A DNA stretch of 59,831 nucleotides, counting the filler. It is 5 parts of 5 records of this genome, joined end to end, with 100 filler letters (N's around TTAATTAATTAA, not from the genome) between each part and the next. Parts side by side here need not be neighbours in the genome. Positions count along the whole stretch, not along the records: positions 33,591 to 48,098 come from SRR31156797_1172; positions 48,199 to 53,235 come from SRR31156797_1184; 3 more parts are not named here. One strand, 5' to 3'. Position 1 is the stretch's first letter. Each line of letters opens with the position of its first letter. The notes under the pieces were generated by a model. It saw only the letters and a program-made list of their open reading frames with translations, had not been told where the DNA came from and made no database searches. Shown piece after piece: positions 41,186 to 50,172 of this stretch. The position numbers and the translations under genes are program-made.

Positions 41186-42311
41186 TTGGGCAATTGCTGC
41201 TTTTAAAAATATCGATATAACGTGCAGCCACTAAAGTAGCATCATGAAAAGCCTCGACAAATTCTCGTGATTCAATACCTACTTTCGTTATATCATTTTT
41301 ATTATTTATGAAACGTTCAAGCTTCCTTATTATATCCTCCTTGTCAGGCAATATATTAATCACTGGAATATTGTTTCGATCATACTCAATACCAAGTTCA
41401 GGTTCATTTCCACTTAACACAACTTTGCCCATTGCCATAGCAAGAATTGCATTCATTCCGTAACCATAACCAGTACATTGATCTACTAAAATATTTACCC
41501 TGCTTAAGATTGATATATATTGGTCGAAGGGCATTTTCCCATCAACAATGATTTCGACTTCAGATGGATACTTATCTTTGATAATAGATAATGCTTCATT
41601 AATTATTAAAGTTCCCTTTGATTCTTTTAGTAACCCATGAAAAATGATAATCTTATCATTAATATTGTTGCAATATTTTAATCTTTTATCTAAAAATATT
41701 GGCAATGGTAGAGTCTTACATACGCGTACTTTTTCATTCTTATTGTTATTCCGATAAGCTTCCGCATAAAGGTAACTAATTGGGATAACTCCTTTAACAT
41801 TAGTAACCACTTGATTGTAAATTTTCAATAATCTTCTTCTTGAATACATGCGGGTTGCACGTGAATTTTTAAAGTTTGGAGCATACCTTAATTGCTCATA
41901 CTGTCTAATTACAGGAAGATCTCGTCCACAAGATGATAAGAAAATCTTTCCATCCTTTTTTAAAACTTGATGAATATCGTTAAATGAGAAATAAGGAAAA
42001 AAGAATTCAAAATTCAGCCTTAAAAAAGCATAATTTATTATTAGCACTATGTCGAAATAATTTTCTATTTTTTTTTTATCTTTCTTTAACTTTAAATAAT
42101 AGTAAGGACCTTTTATTCTCCAACTACCTTTTATCTCTCGCCCGAATAATTTAATATTTTTTAGAGAATATGAGATGCTCCCTGTGTCTTGTTTAATCTC
42201 CTTCCATCCGTCACCATAGGAAAATACAACTGCATCGTGACCATTACTTTTAATTCCCAAAGCCAAATTTTTAGCAAATGAACTAAATTCTCCAATTATC
42301 AAAATTTTCAT
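41169..42311 (-). CDS. Glycosyltransferase (GT-B fold)
   Basis: MKILIIGEFS, KGT, VDQCTGYGYGMNAILAMAMGKVV. Confidence 0.8.
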   Translation of the reverse strand: MKILIIGEFSSFAKNLALGIKSNGHDAVVFSYGDGWKEIKQDTGSISYSLKNIKLFGREIKGSWRIKGPYYYLKLKKDKKKIENYFDIVLIINYAFLRLNFEFFFPYFSFNDIHQVLKKDGKIFLSSCGRDLPVIRQYEQLRYAPNFKNSRATRMYSRRRLLKIYNQVVTNVKGVIPISYLYAEAYRNNNKNEKVRVCKTLPLPIFLDKRLKYCNNINDKIIIFHGLLKESKGTLIINEALSIIKDKYPSEVEIIVDGKMPFDQYISILSRVNILVDQCTGYGYGMNAILAMAMGKVVLSGNEPELGIEYDRNNIPVINILPDKEDIIRKLERFINNKNDITKVGIESREFVEAFHDATLVAARYIDIFKSSNCPNEPNE

Positions 42312-42401
42312 TTCTACAATTATTTATAAATTAACAAACCTCAAAATATAAAGTATTCCAGTTGGTAATTCGCTTATTTCTTTTGTTCGACCAAATGTAT
42401 T

Positions 42402-43685
42402 TTAATCAGTATTGTTTCTAAAAAATATATTTCTAAATAATAGAAGAACGAAACAAGTATATAAAAAGTAGTTTGCAGCATTTGCCCAAATAATACCTTC
42501 AATTCCTCCAATATTAAAAAAGATGATACTCAATAGAATGCGAATTCCCGCAAATATTAATTGACTTATCATAAATACTTTTACCATTGCTTTTGCCAAC
42601 ATCAGATATGCAATCATAAATGAAAAAATCATTAAAAAATCACCAATTAGCTGTGGTAAAATTAATTCCTCCATCGGTAAAAATTCAACAGAAAACAACA
42701 ACTGAATTATCCATCCCTTTAAAATGTAAATCAACAACGCAATTAAAATAAACAGAGGCATTATTATTTTAATTCCCGATATGATTTCTTTTTTAAGAGC
42801 AATATTTGTTGTTAGTGATGAAAGCTTTGGCAAATAATAAGCACCAAGCGCTGTTGTTATTATCAAAACATAAAACTGGGAGAATCTTTTTGTGGCCTCC
42901 CATATTCCGGCATCAAACTCATTACTATGTGTAATTATATAATCCCGTAAAAAAAGCTGAACAAATGGTTTAAGTTGCGCTGATGTTAGTGCCATTAAAG
43001 TAAAAGCCAGTAACTTATTTAAAATGTATTTGTCGAAAAACAGATAATTAAATGAAAAATATGTGTTTCTATTCTGGAATATAAGAGCAAAAGAAATAAG
43101 AAAAACAATTGATGTGTTTACAGCTTGAGCTATCAGAGCGCCTTTAAGCAGGAAAAACCAAGCCAATGCTCCCGACATAATTAAGGACACCATACTATTG
43201 GTCACTTTTAGTTTAGCTAAAGTCTTAAACTCACGATATCCATTAACGGTTGAAATCAACAAGTTATTAAGCGCAAAAAAAGGAAGTAACAGACCGAAAA
43301 TCATAAAAACAGAAGAATACTGGCTGGATTTAAATAGTAGCTGAGATAAAGTACTTGCAAATAAAATTGATAATATGCTAATAATACTACTTACAAACAA
43401 TGTAAACAAATTGGAGGTGGCAATAACATTCCGGTTATTTATGGAAGGATCAGCAACATATTTGGTAACGCCCTGCCCAAATGAACCATTTGCCAAATTG
43501 GTAGCCAATTCTTTAAAATTGGTAAATTGTCCCATCATTGCTATTCCGCCAGGTCCAATAGTCACCGCGAGTATTTTGTTGATAACTAAACCTGCCAACA
43601 TTTGAATGGCAGTGGTGAAAGAGGTTGTTGAAAGAGCAACCGCAAATTCTGATTTAAAAAACAGCTTAATTTTAGCCTTTATCAT
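42402..43685 (-). CDS. wzx: O-antigen flippase Wzx (WzxE-like)
   Basis: NKILAVTIGPGGIAMMGQF, AGIWEA, YYLPKLS, QLIGDFL; multi-TM. Confidence 0.88.
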   Translation of the reverse strand: MIKAKIKLFFKSEFAVALSTTSFTTAIQMLAGLVINKILAVTIGPGGIAMMGQFTNFKELATNLANGSFGQGVTKYVADPSINNRNVIATSNLFTLFVSSIISILSILFASTLSQLLFKSSQYSSVFMIFGLLLPFFALNNLLISTVNGYREFKTLAKLKVTNSMVSLIMSGALAWFFLLKGALIAQAVNTSIVFLISFALIFQNRNTYFSFNYLFFDKYILNKLLAFTLMALTSAQLKPFVQLFLRDYIITHSNEFDAGIWEATKRFSQFYVLIITTALGAYYLPKLSSLTTNIALKKEIISGIKIIMPLFILIALLIYILKGWIIQLLFSVEFLPMEELILPQLIGDFLMIFSFMIAYLMLAKAMVKVFMISQLIFAGIRILLSIIFFNIGGIEGIIWANAANYFLYTCFVLLLFRNIFFRNNTD

Positions 43686-43687
43686 TA

Positions 43688-44845
43688 CTAAACTAGTTGG
43701 TTTATTATCTCAGAAATATTTACAATTTCTTCATTGGTTATTGTCGGGCTTATCGGTAAACTCAAAACCTCCTTATGAATTTTTTCTGTAATAGAAAAAC
43801 TCAACTTATTCCATTCCCTGTAGGCCATTTGTTTGTGCGGAGGAATTGGATAATGAATCAATGTTTGAACTCCTTTCTCTGTCAAATATTTTTGCAACTT
43901 GTCTCGATTTGGGTGACGGATAACAAAAAGATGCCAAACGTGTGAAAGTTTAAAGTTTAAAGTTTCGTGTTTAAAGAATTTCTTTGAAACCGGTAAAGTA
44001 ATTTCAGGATTGGTAATATTTTCACAATAGTATTGTGCGATTTCGTGGCGGCGAGAGTTATCCGCATCAAGATGTGGAAGTTTTATCCGAAGAACAGCTG
44101 CCTGAATTTCATCCAATCTTGAATTTAAGCCTTTGTAATCGTTGATGTATTTTTTGGATGAACCATAATTTGCAATAGCACGAATTACATTCGCCAGTTC
44201 TTCATCGTTTGTTGTAACAGCACCACCATCGCCCAATGCACCAAGATTTTTTCCAGGATAAAAACTATGTCCGGCGGCATCTCCCAGTGAGCCAGTTTTT
44301 TTAACTACAGAATTATGACTTCCGATTTCCGATTTCTGAAAAACTGCCCCTGTGGCCTGCGCATTGTCTTCAATTAGCTTTAAATTGTATTTCTCAACCA
44401 GACGTTGAATTTCGGGGTGCATAGCATTTTGCCCATAAAGGTGGACAATCAGAATTCCTTTTGTACGATCCGTAATTTTTTCTTCAATTTTATATGGGTC
44501 AATATTGTATGTTGAAATATCGGGTTCAACCAGCACAGACTTCAACCGATTGTCGGAAATAGCCAGGATGGATGCGATATAAGTATTGGCAGGAACAATG
44601 ATTTCGTCACCTTCCTGCATTTCCCCCAGTTCAATATATGCTTTAAAAATTAGGCGTAAAGCATCCAATCCGTTGGCAACTCCAATACAATGTTTTGTGC
44701 CAATATAATTTTCATACTCCTGTCCAAATGCTTTTACTTCGTTTCCGAGTAAGTACCAGCCTGAATCAAGTACCCTCTTCACAGCATTTGACAAATCAGG
44801 TTCAAAGCTGTCATTAATTGCTTTTAAATTAAGAAATTTAATCAT
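43688..44845 (-). CDS. fdtB: dTDP-3-amino-3,6-dideoxyhexose aminotransferase (FdtB/QdtB-like)
   Basis: [47 protein letters not shown]; next to fdtA-like genes. Confidence 0.85.
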   Translation of the reverse strand: MIKFLNLKAINDSFEPDLSNAVKRVLDSGWYLLGNEVKAFGQEYENYIGTKHCIGVANGLDALRLIFKAYIELGEMQEGDEIIVPANTYIASILAISDNRLKSVLVEPDISTYNIDPYKIEEKITDRTKGILIVHLYGQNAMHPEIQRLVEKYNLKLIEDNAQATGAVFQKSEIGSHNSVVKKTGSLGDAAGHSFYPGKNLGALGDGGAVTTNDEELANVIRAIANYGSSKKYINDYKGLNSRLDEIQAAVLRIKLPHLDADNSRRHEIAQYYCENITNPEITLPVSKKFFKHETLNFKLSHVWHLFVIRHPNRDKLQKYLTEKGVQTLIHYPIPPHKQMAYREWNKLSFSITEKIHKEVLSLPISPTITNEEIVNISEIINQLV

Positions 44846-45520
44846 TTATCTTTTTTTAATAAATTTCGCAGGTGAACCATAATATACCCCCGACGATCCT
44901 ATAGATTTAGTTATTAAAGATTTTGCACCTATTATATTATTATCCCCAATAGTAAGATTGTCTAATATTGTCACATTTGGCCCAATTAAATTGTTACTAC
45001 CGATTTGAGGTCCAACCATTTTATCTGAATAGCCTCCAACACCAAATGTCTTGTCACTTACACATGTGAATGCTGAACTAATAAAATTATTTTGCCCAAT
45101 TTTTGTTCCTGATGCAATTGATGACAATTGTATAATTCTGGTTCCATCTCCAATAATACAGTCTTTTTGAATAAAAGAATTCGTACCAATTATATTATTC
45201 CCTTCTAAAAAGCTACGTTCTCTAATTACGACGTTTTCTGCAATTAAACAATCCTCTCCAATATTTACATCAATATAAATTGTGGCTCCACAGCCAATTA
45301 TACAATTTCTTGAGATTTTGGTTGGTAAAGTATTTTCTTGAATTTTGCTATATATAGTTTTTACTCCCATTGGCTTTCTTCCTAAAACACAGTTATCCCA
45401 GATATAAACATAATCCTCAATAATTACATTTGGATAAATTGTCACATTATTTCCAATGGTCACATTATCTCCAATAATACAAGATTCATCTATATTACAA
45501 TTAACTCCTATATTATTCAT
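44846..45520 (-). CDS. Hexapeptide-repeat N-acyltransferase
   Basis: Extensive [LIV]G-x4 repeats; YGSPAKFIK end. Confidence 0.85.
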   Translation of the reverse strand: MNNIGVNCNIDESCIIGDNVTIGNNVTIYPNVIIEDYVYIWDNCVLGRKPMGVKTIYSKIQENTLPTKISRNCIIGCGATIYIDVNIGEDCLIAENVVIRERSFLEGNNIIGTNSFIQKDCIIGDGTRIIQLSSIASGTKIGQNNFISSAFTCVSDKTFGVGGYSDKMVGPQIGSNNLIGPNVTILDNLTIGDNNIIGAKSLITKSIGSSGVYYGSPAKFIKKR

Positions 45521-45525
45521 TTGGG

Positions 45526-45945
45526 CTATTTTAGAGATAAAAATTCTGAATAAATTCTTACATAATCTTTTTCATCGTATTTATGCGAAGCCAGTACCAG
45601 ACAAACAGAACCGGATGAAAAATTTAGTAACTCTCTCCAGATTTCAGGTACAACATGTAAACCAATATAAGGTCGATCAAGATGAACTATTTTTTTATTG
45701 ATTCCATCATCGATTAACACATCAAAAGCACCACCAACGGCAATAATAAATTGTTCCAGTTCTTTGTGAGCGTGTCCTCCCCGGTCTTCCCCGCCTGGAA
45801 TATCATACAAATAATACACCCTCTTTACTTCGAATGGTACAGTAATATTATTTTCAAGTGCAGTAATATTTCCTGCACGATTATGAATTTTTGGCAGCTG
45901 AACAATACTGCAATTGTATATCGTATTTTTTATTTCTCCAACCAT
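45526..45945 (-). CDS. fdtA: dTDP-6-deoxy-3,4-ketohexulose isomerase (FdtA/QdtA cupin), copy 2
   Basis: GNIT, PFEVKRVYYLYDIP, RGGHAHK, WREL, VCLVLAS. Confidence 0.88.
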   Translation of the reverse strand: MVGEIKNTIYNCSIVQLPKIHNRAGNITALENNITVPFEVKRVYYLYDIPGGEDRGGHAHKELEQFIIAVGGAFDVLIDDGINKKIVHLDRPYIGLHVVPEIWRELLNFSSGSVCLVLASHKYDEKDYVRIYSEFLSLK

Positions 45946-46325
45946 GATAAATAATCTTTTAATTCTCTTATATAATCGTCTTCGTCATAATATGTTGATG
46001 TAAGAACCATTGCTAGCGAATTTGTGGAGAAGTTATTCATTTCGCGCCACAAACCTTTGGGAATGTAAAGTCCGTAATAAGAGCGGTTCAGGGAGAAGGT
46101 ATGTTTTACTTTCCCGTCATTAATCATTACGTCAAAACTCCCGGAGAGTGCTACAATTAATTCCTGTTGTTCTTTAAATGCATGTCCGCCGCGCACCTGT
46201 CCACCAGGCACGTCATAAATCCAGTACACCCGTTTAATTTTAAATGGGATGTGGTTTTCTTCTTCGATAAAGGTCAGGTTACCGCGGGGGTCTTCAAATT
46301 TTGGAAGGGAGATAATTTTAGGCAT
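45930..46325 (-). CDS. fdtA: FdtA/QdtA cupin, copy 1
   Basis: DPRGNLTFIE, PFKIKRVYWIYDVP, RGGHAFK, WREM. Confidence 0.88.
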   Translation of the reverse strand: MPKIISLPKFEDPRGNLTFIEEENHIPFKIKRVYWIYDVPGGQVRGGHAFKEQQELIVALSGSFDVMINDGKVKHTFSLNRSYYGLYIPKGLWREMNNFSTNSLAMVLTSTYYDEDDYIRELKDYLSWLEK

Positions 46326-46401
46326 TATATTTTAGTTTTTAGAGTTCTGTGTTTGGAGTTCAGGGTGCAAAAGCAAAAGTTTAAAGGTAAAAGTCATTAG
46401 T

Positions 46402-46544
46402 CTCCGCTGGCGCAGATTTGTAATCTGCGCCATAACTTTTTCATTGTGCAAACAATACAATAATTACAATCATTTCTATTTTCAGCCTTTGTGGCTGAGG
46501 TTCGCATTGCATCCCGATAATTATCGAGACGCACCAGCGAGGGG
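46402..46544. repeat. REP/REPIN-like element
   Basis: TGGCGCAGATT-TGT-AATCTGCGCCA hairpin (46408-46432); inverted ends CGCTGGCGC / GCACCAGCG; inner TCCCGATAATTATCGAGA near-palindrome. Confidence 0.7.
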
Positions 46545-46835
46545 AACTGCCTGCACCGGGAAAAACTCGCAACTGGTAACTTGTTTTAATGCCGCTGCAT
46601 GAAAAATAAAACCGACTCCCCGCATGGCATAATCGACACTTCGTTTATCGCGTACACTACCTATATAAAATTTAATTTTTGGATTATTAAGCCGGTGCCG
46701 CATATCATCCTGCTTTTTTTCATCGCGACTAAAAATTCGAATTTCTTTAATTTCCGTATCCAGAAAACGGTTTAGAACGGCATTCCCAAAAGAGCCGGTG
46801 CCACCAGTGATAAGGAGGGTTTTATTTTTAAACAT
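46521..46835 (-). pseudogene. Truncated CapD/FnlA(WbjB)-like UDP-GlcNAc 4,6-dehydratase
   Basis: ITGGTGSFG, FSRDEKKQDDMR, FHAAALKQV.SCEFFP; family resemblance stops after codon 97 at the repeat boundary, whereas full-length members are roughly 340 aa. Confidence 0.85.
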
Positions 46836-46987
46836 TTGGGCTAATTTAATTTTGAAAAATTATCAAGGTTTAAGTTACTTCTACTTATATCGGGGTTTAT
46901 GCGGAGAATGTTTATTTATAGGCTTGCATTTTGCAAATCCAGAATTTATTTAATAGGCGAGTAGTTCTTTTATGTTTTATTGGAGAT

Positions 46988-47048
46988 AACCACCCCGTCT
47001 TTTTGTTCTCGCCTCACAAAAATCCACCCCTCCTGAAAGGTGAGGAAA
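46988..47048 (-). repeat. REP-like element, copy B (inverted relative to copy A)
   Basis: AACCACCCCG ... CCACCCCTCCTGAAA is the reverse complement of the conserved blocks of 35009-35094. Confidence 0.65.
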
Positions 47049-47184
47049 CTAAAGAAAGTGAAGTTTGAGATTTGGATTCTAGGATTTGCTGATTTTCAAA
47101 TATTTGGATGTTGTTTTTGGTTGAATAACTTATTACTAAAAATTAATGACTATTAACTAACGACTAAAAATTTATAACTCACTT

Positions 47185-47715
47185 CTATTTATCTTTCGTC
47201 CAGATGAGCAGCACAGGTTTATCTTTCAGAAAGTGAGTCATTTGTTCGTGGGTAAGTACCAGGTAAATAATTTTTCGGTTTATCAGTTTTTCGGCTTTTG
47301 TAATTAGTTCTTTAATGTATTTCTGGTCGAGGTCTTCGCCAATCAGTGCCAGTTCTATTTTATCGGAATCGCGGCCAGCAGCAAATTCACCGGTGAGATA
47401 GGCTTTATCGAGATTTCCAATCTGGCTGGTTACCCGTTCCACCACTTTGTCTATACCAATGGTTTTTCGCAAAATGCTGTTTATATCGTTATATAACGGA
47501 TGCTCGGTGTTGGCTTTATAGAAACGTTTGTTTTTTACAAATTCCGAAGTAAGCAATCCTGCATCGATAAGCCGGTTTAGTTCTTTTCGGATGGAATTAC
47601 TCGATTCGCAAAGTTCTTTTTCCATTCCTCGTAAATGACTTATGGAATTGGTATTCAAAAAAAGTTTCAGCAAAAGCTTTACCCTTGTTTTTGAGGTTAT
47701 TATCGATTCAAGCAT
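47185..47715 (-). CDS. ArsR-like winged-helix regulator with nucleotidyltransferase-like C-terminal domain
   Basis: SKTRVKLLLKLF, HLRG, NSIRKELNRL HTH; AYLTGEFAAG.DS..IELALIG. Confidence 0.8.
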   Translation of the reverse strand: MLESIITSKTRVKLLLKLFLNTNSISHLRGMEKELCESSNSIRKELNRLIDAGLLTSEFVKNKRFYKANTEHPLYNDINSILRKTIGIDKVVERVTSQIGNLDKAYLTGEFAAGRDSDKIELALIGEDLDQKYIKELITKAEKLINRKIIYLVLTHEQMTHFLKDKPVLLIWTKDK

Positions 47716-48064
47716 AATTTGATAAAGAAGGATTTAATGGTGGAAATAAATTTAAGGGGTTGAACGATTTTCAGAAATAAAACCAGTGGTAATCAGGGTT
47801 ATGTGTGTTTGGAGGGTAACATTCATTTTAATATATGAGATGCAGAGTTTTTACAGCTCCGCCTTCTCAATTACATATTGTATGTTTAAGTAGGATTGTT
47901 TTTGAGTTATTTATTTACTCAAAAATGAATAAGCAAATTAGACCATTTTTGCAGTAAATCAAACATATGTTATCTATTAATATGGCGAAATGCAACTAAA
48001 TGGGAATGAAACCCTTTATATTTTCTATGAAAGATATTAGAATTGAAATGAAGGGGTAATTGTT

Positions 48065-48098
48065 AGTCGTAAGTAGTAAGTAGTAAGTAGTAAGTAGT
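48065..48098. repeat. Heptamer tandem repeat (AGTAGTA)n at contig end
   Basis: AGTCGTA, then AGTAGTA x3 and a partial unit running into the gap. Confidence 0.9.
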
Positions 48099-48198
48099 NN
48101 NNNNNNNNNNNNNNNNNNNNNNNNNNNNNNNNNNNNNNNNNNTTAATTAATTAANNNNNNNNNNNNNNNNNNNNNNNNNNNNNNNNNNNNNNNNNNNN
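48099..48198. other. Artificial contig linker
   Basis: N run - TTAATTAATTAA - N run. Confidence 0.98.
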
Positions 48199-48199
48199 A

Positions 48200-49066
48200 G
48201 ATGATTTGATCACATTTAAAGCGGGCTCAGGTCGTGCGGGAACATTTTCTTCAGGTCTTCATACTTCAGTTCCGATAAAAATGATCGAAACAGGCTCCCA
48301 AGAAGAAGGTTTTGTGAAAAAACTTAAGAAAAGAACGTTTTCCTACAATATAGACCTTAAATTAAAAGGTAGTCAAAGCTTCTTTGTTGTGCCTCTTGGA
48401 AAACAGACTTCCGTTTCACTTTCATCGTCCTGGGCAAGTCCAAAATTCACTGGTACATTTCTTCCTGAAACAAGAAAAGTCACTGCAAAAGGGTTCAATG
48501 CAACTTGGAACATTCTATCTTACAATAGAGACTTTCCGGATCTATGGAGCGGGTCTATCAATAATGAGATGTATAGAAATATCGCGGGTGTGGAACTGTT
48601 TATGGAAATAAATACGTACAGCAAGACAGATAGAACTGTAAAGTACGGGTTTCTCTTTATACTTTTCACATTTATAGTCTTTTTCTTTGCTGAGGTTTTC
48701 AGCAAGGTGAAAATACATCCTATCCACTACACGCTGGTGGGAATATCACTTGTTATTTTTTATATCCTGCTGCTTTCATTTGCAGAACATATGAACTTTA
48801 ATACGGCCTATCTCATTGCAATGCTTTCCACCTCCGGATTGATATCATTCTATACCTTTTCTATCTACAAAAAGAAGATAGTCGGGTTCATTGCAACTTT
48901 TGAACTCCTTGTACTTTACGGCTTTGTTTTTGTAATACTTCACATGTATGAATACGCACTTCTTGCAGGAAGTATTGGAGTATTTGTTATCCTTTCAACA
49001 GTAATGTTCTTTTCAAGATCAATAGACTGGTATAATGTACTCAAAACTTCAGATCCAGATAGTTAG
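48200..49066 (+). CDS. creD: Inner membrane protein CreD (5' truncated)
   Basis: SSWASPKFTGTFLP, GFNATW, DRTVKYGFLFI, IHPIHYTLVG, LLLSFAEH, YALLAGS, RSIDWY. Confidence 0.92.
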   Translation, partial: DDLITFKAGSGRAGTFSSGLHTSVPIKMIETGSQEEGFVKKLKKRTFSYNIDLKLKGSQSFFVVPLGKQTSVSLSSSWASPKFTGTFLPETRKVTAKGFNATWNILSYNRDFPDLWSGSINNEMYRNIAGVELFMEINTYSKTDRTVKYGFLFILFTFIVFFFAEVFSKVKIHPIHYTLVGISLVIFYILLLSFAEHMNFNTAYLIAMLSTSGLISFYTFSIYKKKIVGFIATFELLVLYGFVFVILHMYEYALLAGSIGVFVILSTVMFFSRSIDWYNVLKTSDPDS

Positions 49067-49086
49067 GGCCTTGATTTAGTTTGTGT

Positions 49087-49115
49087 TTGCAAAGCGATTC
49101 TGATATGTTTATAGT
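49087..49115 (+). promoter_or_regulatory. Sigma70-type promoter for the three-gene operon
   Basis: TTGCAA (49087-49092) - 17 nt - TATAGT (49110-49115), followed by GGGGA RBS and ATG at 49138. Confidence 0.6.
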
Positions 49116-49137
49116 CACTGAAATTGGGGATATAACG

Positions 49138-50172
49138 ATGTGCTTTAAGACTCAGATAAGTGAAAAATATAAGAGCAGTTCAGGAAGAAAAGATCTCACA
49201 GAAACGTTTTGCAAACAGATTGAGAAAGTTGCAGGGATTCTTAGGAAGAAGTATAAGTATGACGTTGTGATAGCTCAATATATGGATGATCTCAGACAAT
49301 CTTTTATGATATATCTTATAGAGCATGAATCAGTGTGGGAACGTTCTTTTTCCTTTGAATCCATTTCTTCATTCTTTAAGATCGAACTTGACTATTTTAT
49401 TGGTGAGCAGACGGAGAGTTTAAGGCGAAGCGGATACAGAACACTTGCAAGATGGGTGAGAGAGGCTCTAGGTAGTGACAAAACCTTTGATGATCACAGG
49501 ATAAAGGGAAAAAAGAACAGGATTCAGTTGCTTTTTGGTTTAAGTTGCTGGGTTGATGAAAAACCTCTTTTTAAAGATCTTTATTCGTCCTTTATACAAT
49601 TTAAGAGTGAAGCCCTGGACAAGGATGCTTATCTGTCTTTTAACCCGCTTACTCAGACAAAACCTGAATTTGATCAGTTAGTTTCCACAGGCGCATATGA
49701 TAGTGGTATTGATGATCAGATAAGGACATGCTCGGAGGTTCTTCTTGATCTTAGTAAAGCATGGTGCAGTGTTTCTGAACTGATCGGTGGATTTAAAGAG
49801 TTCTGGCTTGAACTTGATGGTGCAGATGAAAGCGTTGGAGATGATATTGCGGTTCGCTCTGCTGAACTTGATCAGATACTTTATGACGAATCAGCAAACG
49901 GAATGAAGGTCTTTCTTGGGAACTGCAGTTTTTTGGAGGTATCAATACTTAAGGCGATACTTTCGGACAAAACTTCAGGGAAGGTTAAGTTCCAGGATGT
50001 CGCGAAACTGCATAATGTCAGTTCTTCGACAGTTTCAGATCATAAAAAGAAGCTCATGGAAAAGCTATCTAAAGTATTGAGCGATATGGATGAGGGATCT
50101 AGATCTTTATCAGTAAATGCTCTGACAGATCTGACGGATTCACTTGTGGAGGCAAAAAATGAAAGTTTATGA
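49138..50172 (+). CDS. Divergent sigma-factor-like protein with C-terminal sigma4-type HTH
   Basis: N-terminal helical region (MDDLRQSFMIYLI, sigma2-like); C-terminal FQDVAKLHNVSSSTVSDHKKKLMEKL HTH; long central insert. Confidence 0.55.
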   Translation: MCFKTQISEKYKSSSGRKDLTETFCKQIEKVAGILRKKYKYDVVIAQYMDDLRQSFMIYLIEHESVWERSFSFESISSFFKIELDYFIGEQTESLRRSGYRTLARWVREALGSDKTFDDHRIKGKKNRIQLLFGLSCWVDEKPLFKDLYSSFIQFKSEALDKDAYLSFNPLTQTKPEFDQLVSTGAYDSGIDDQIRTCSEVLLDLSKAWCSVSELIGGFKEFWLELDGADESVGDDIAVRSAELDQILYDESANGMKVFLGNCSFLEVSILKAILSDKTSGKVKFQDVAKLHNVSSSTVSDHKKKLMEKLSKVLSDMDEGSRSLSVNALTDLTDSLVEAKNESL

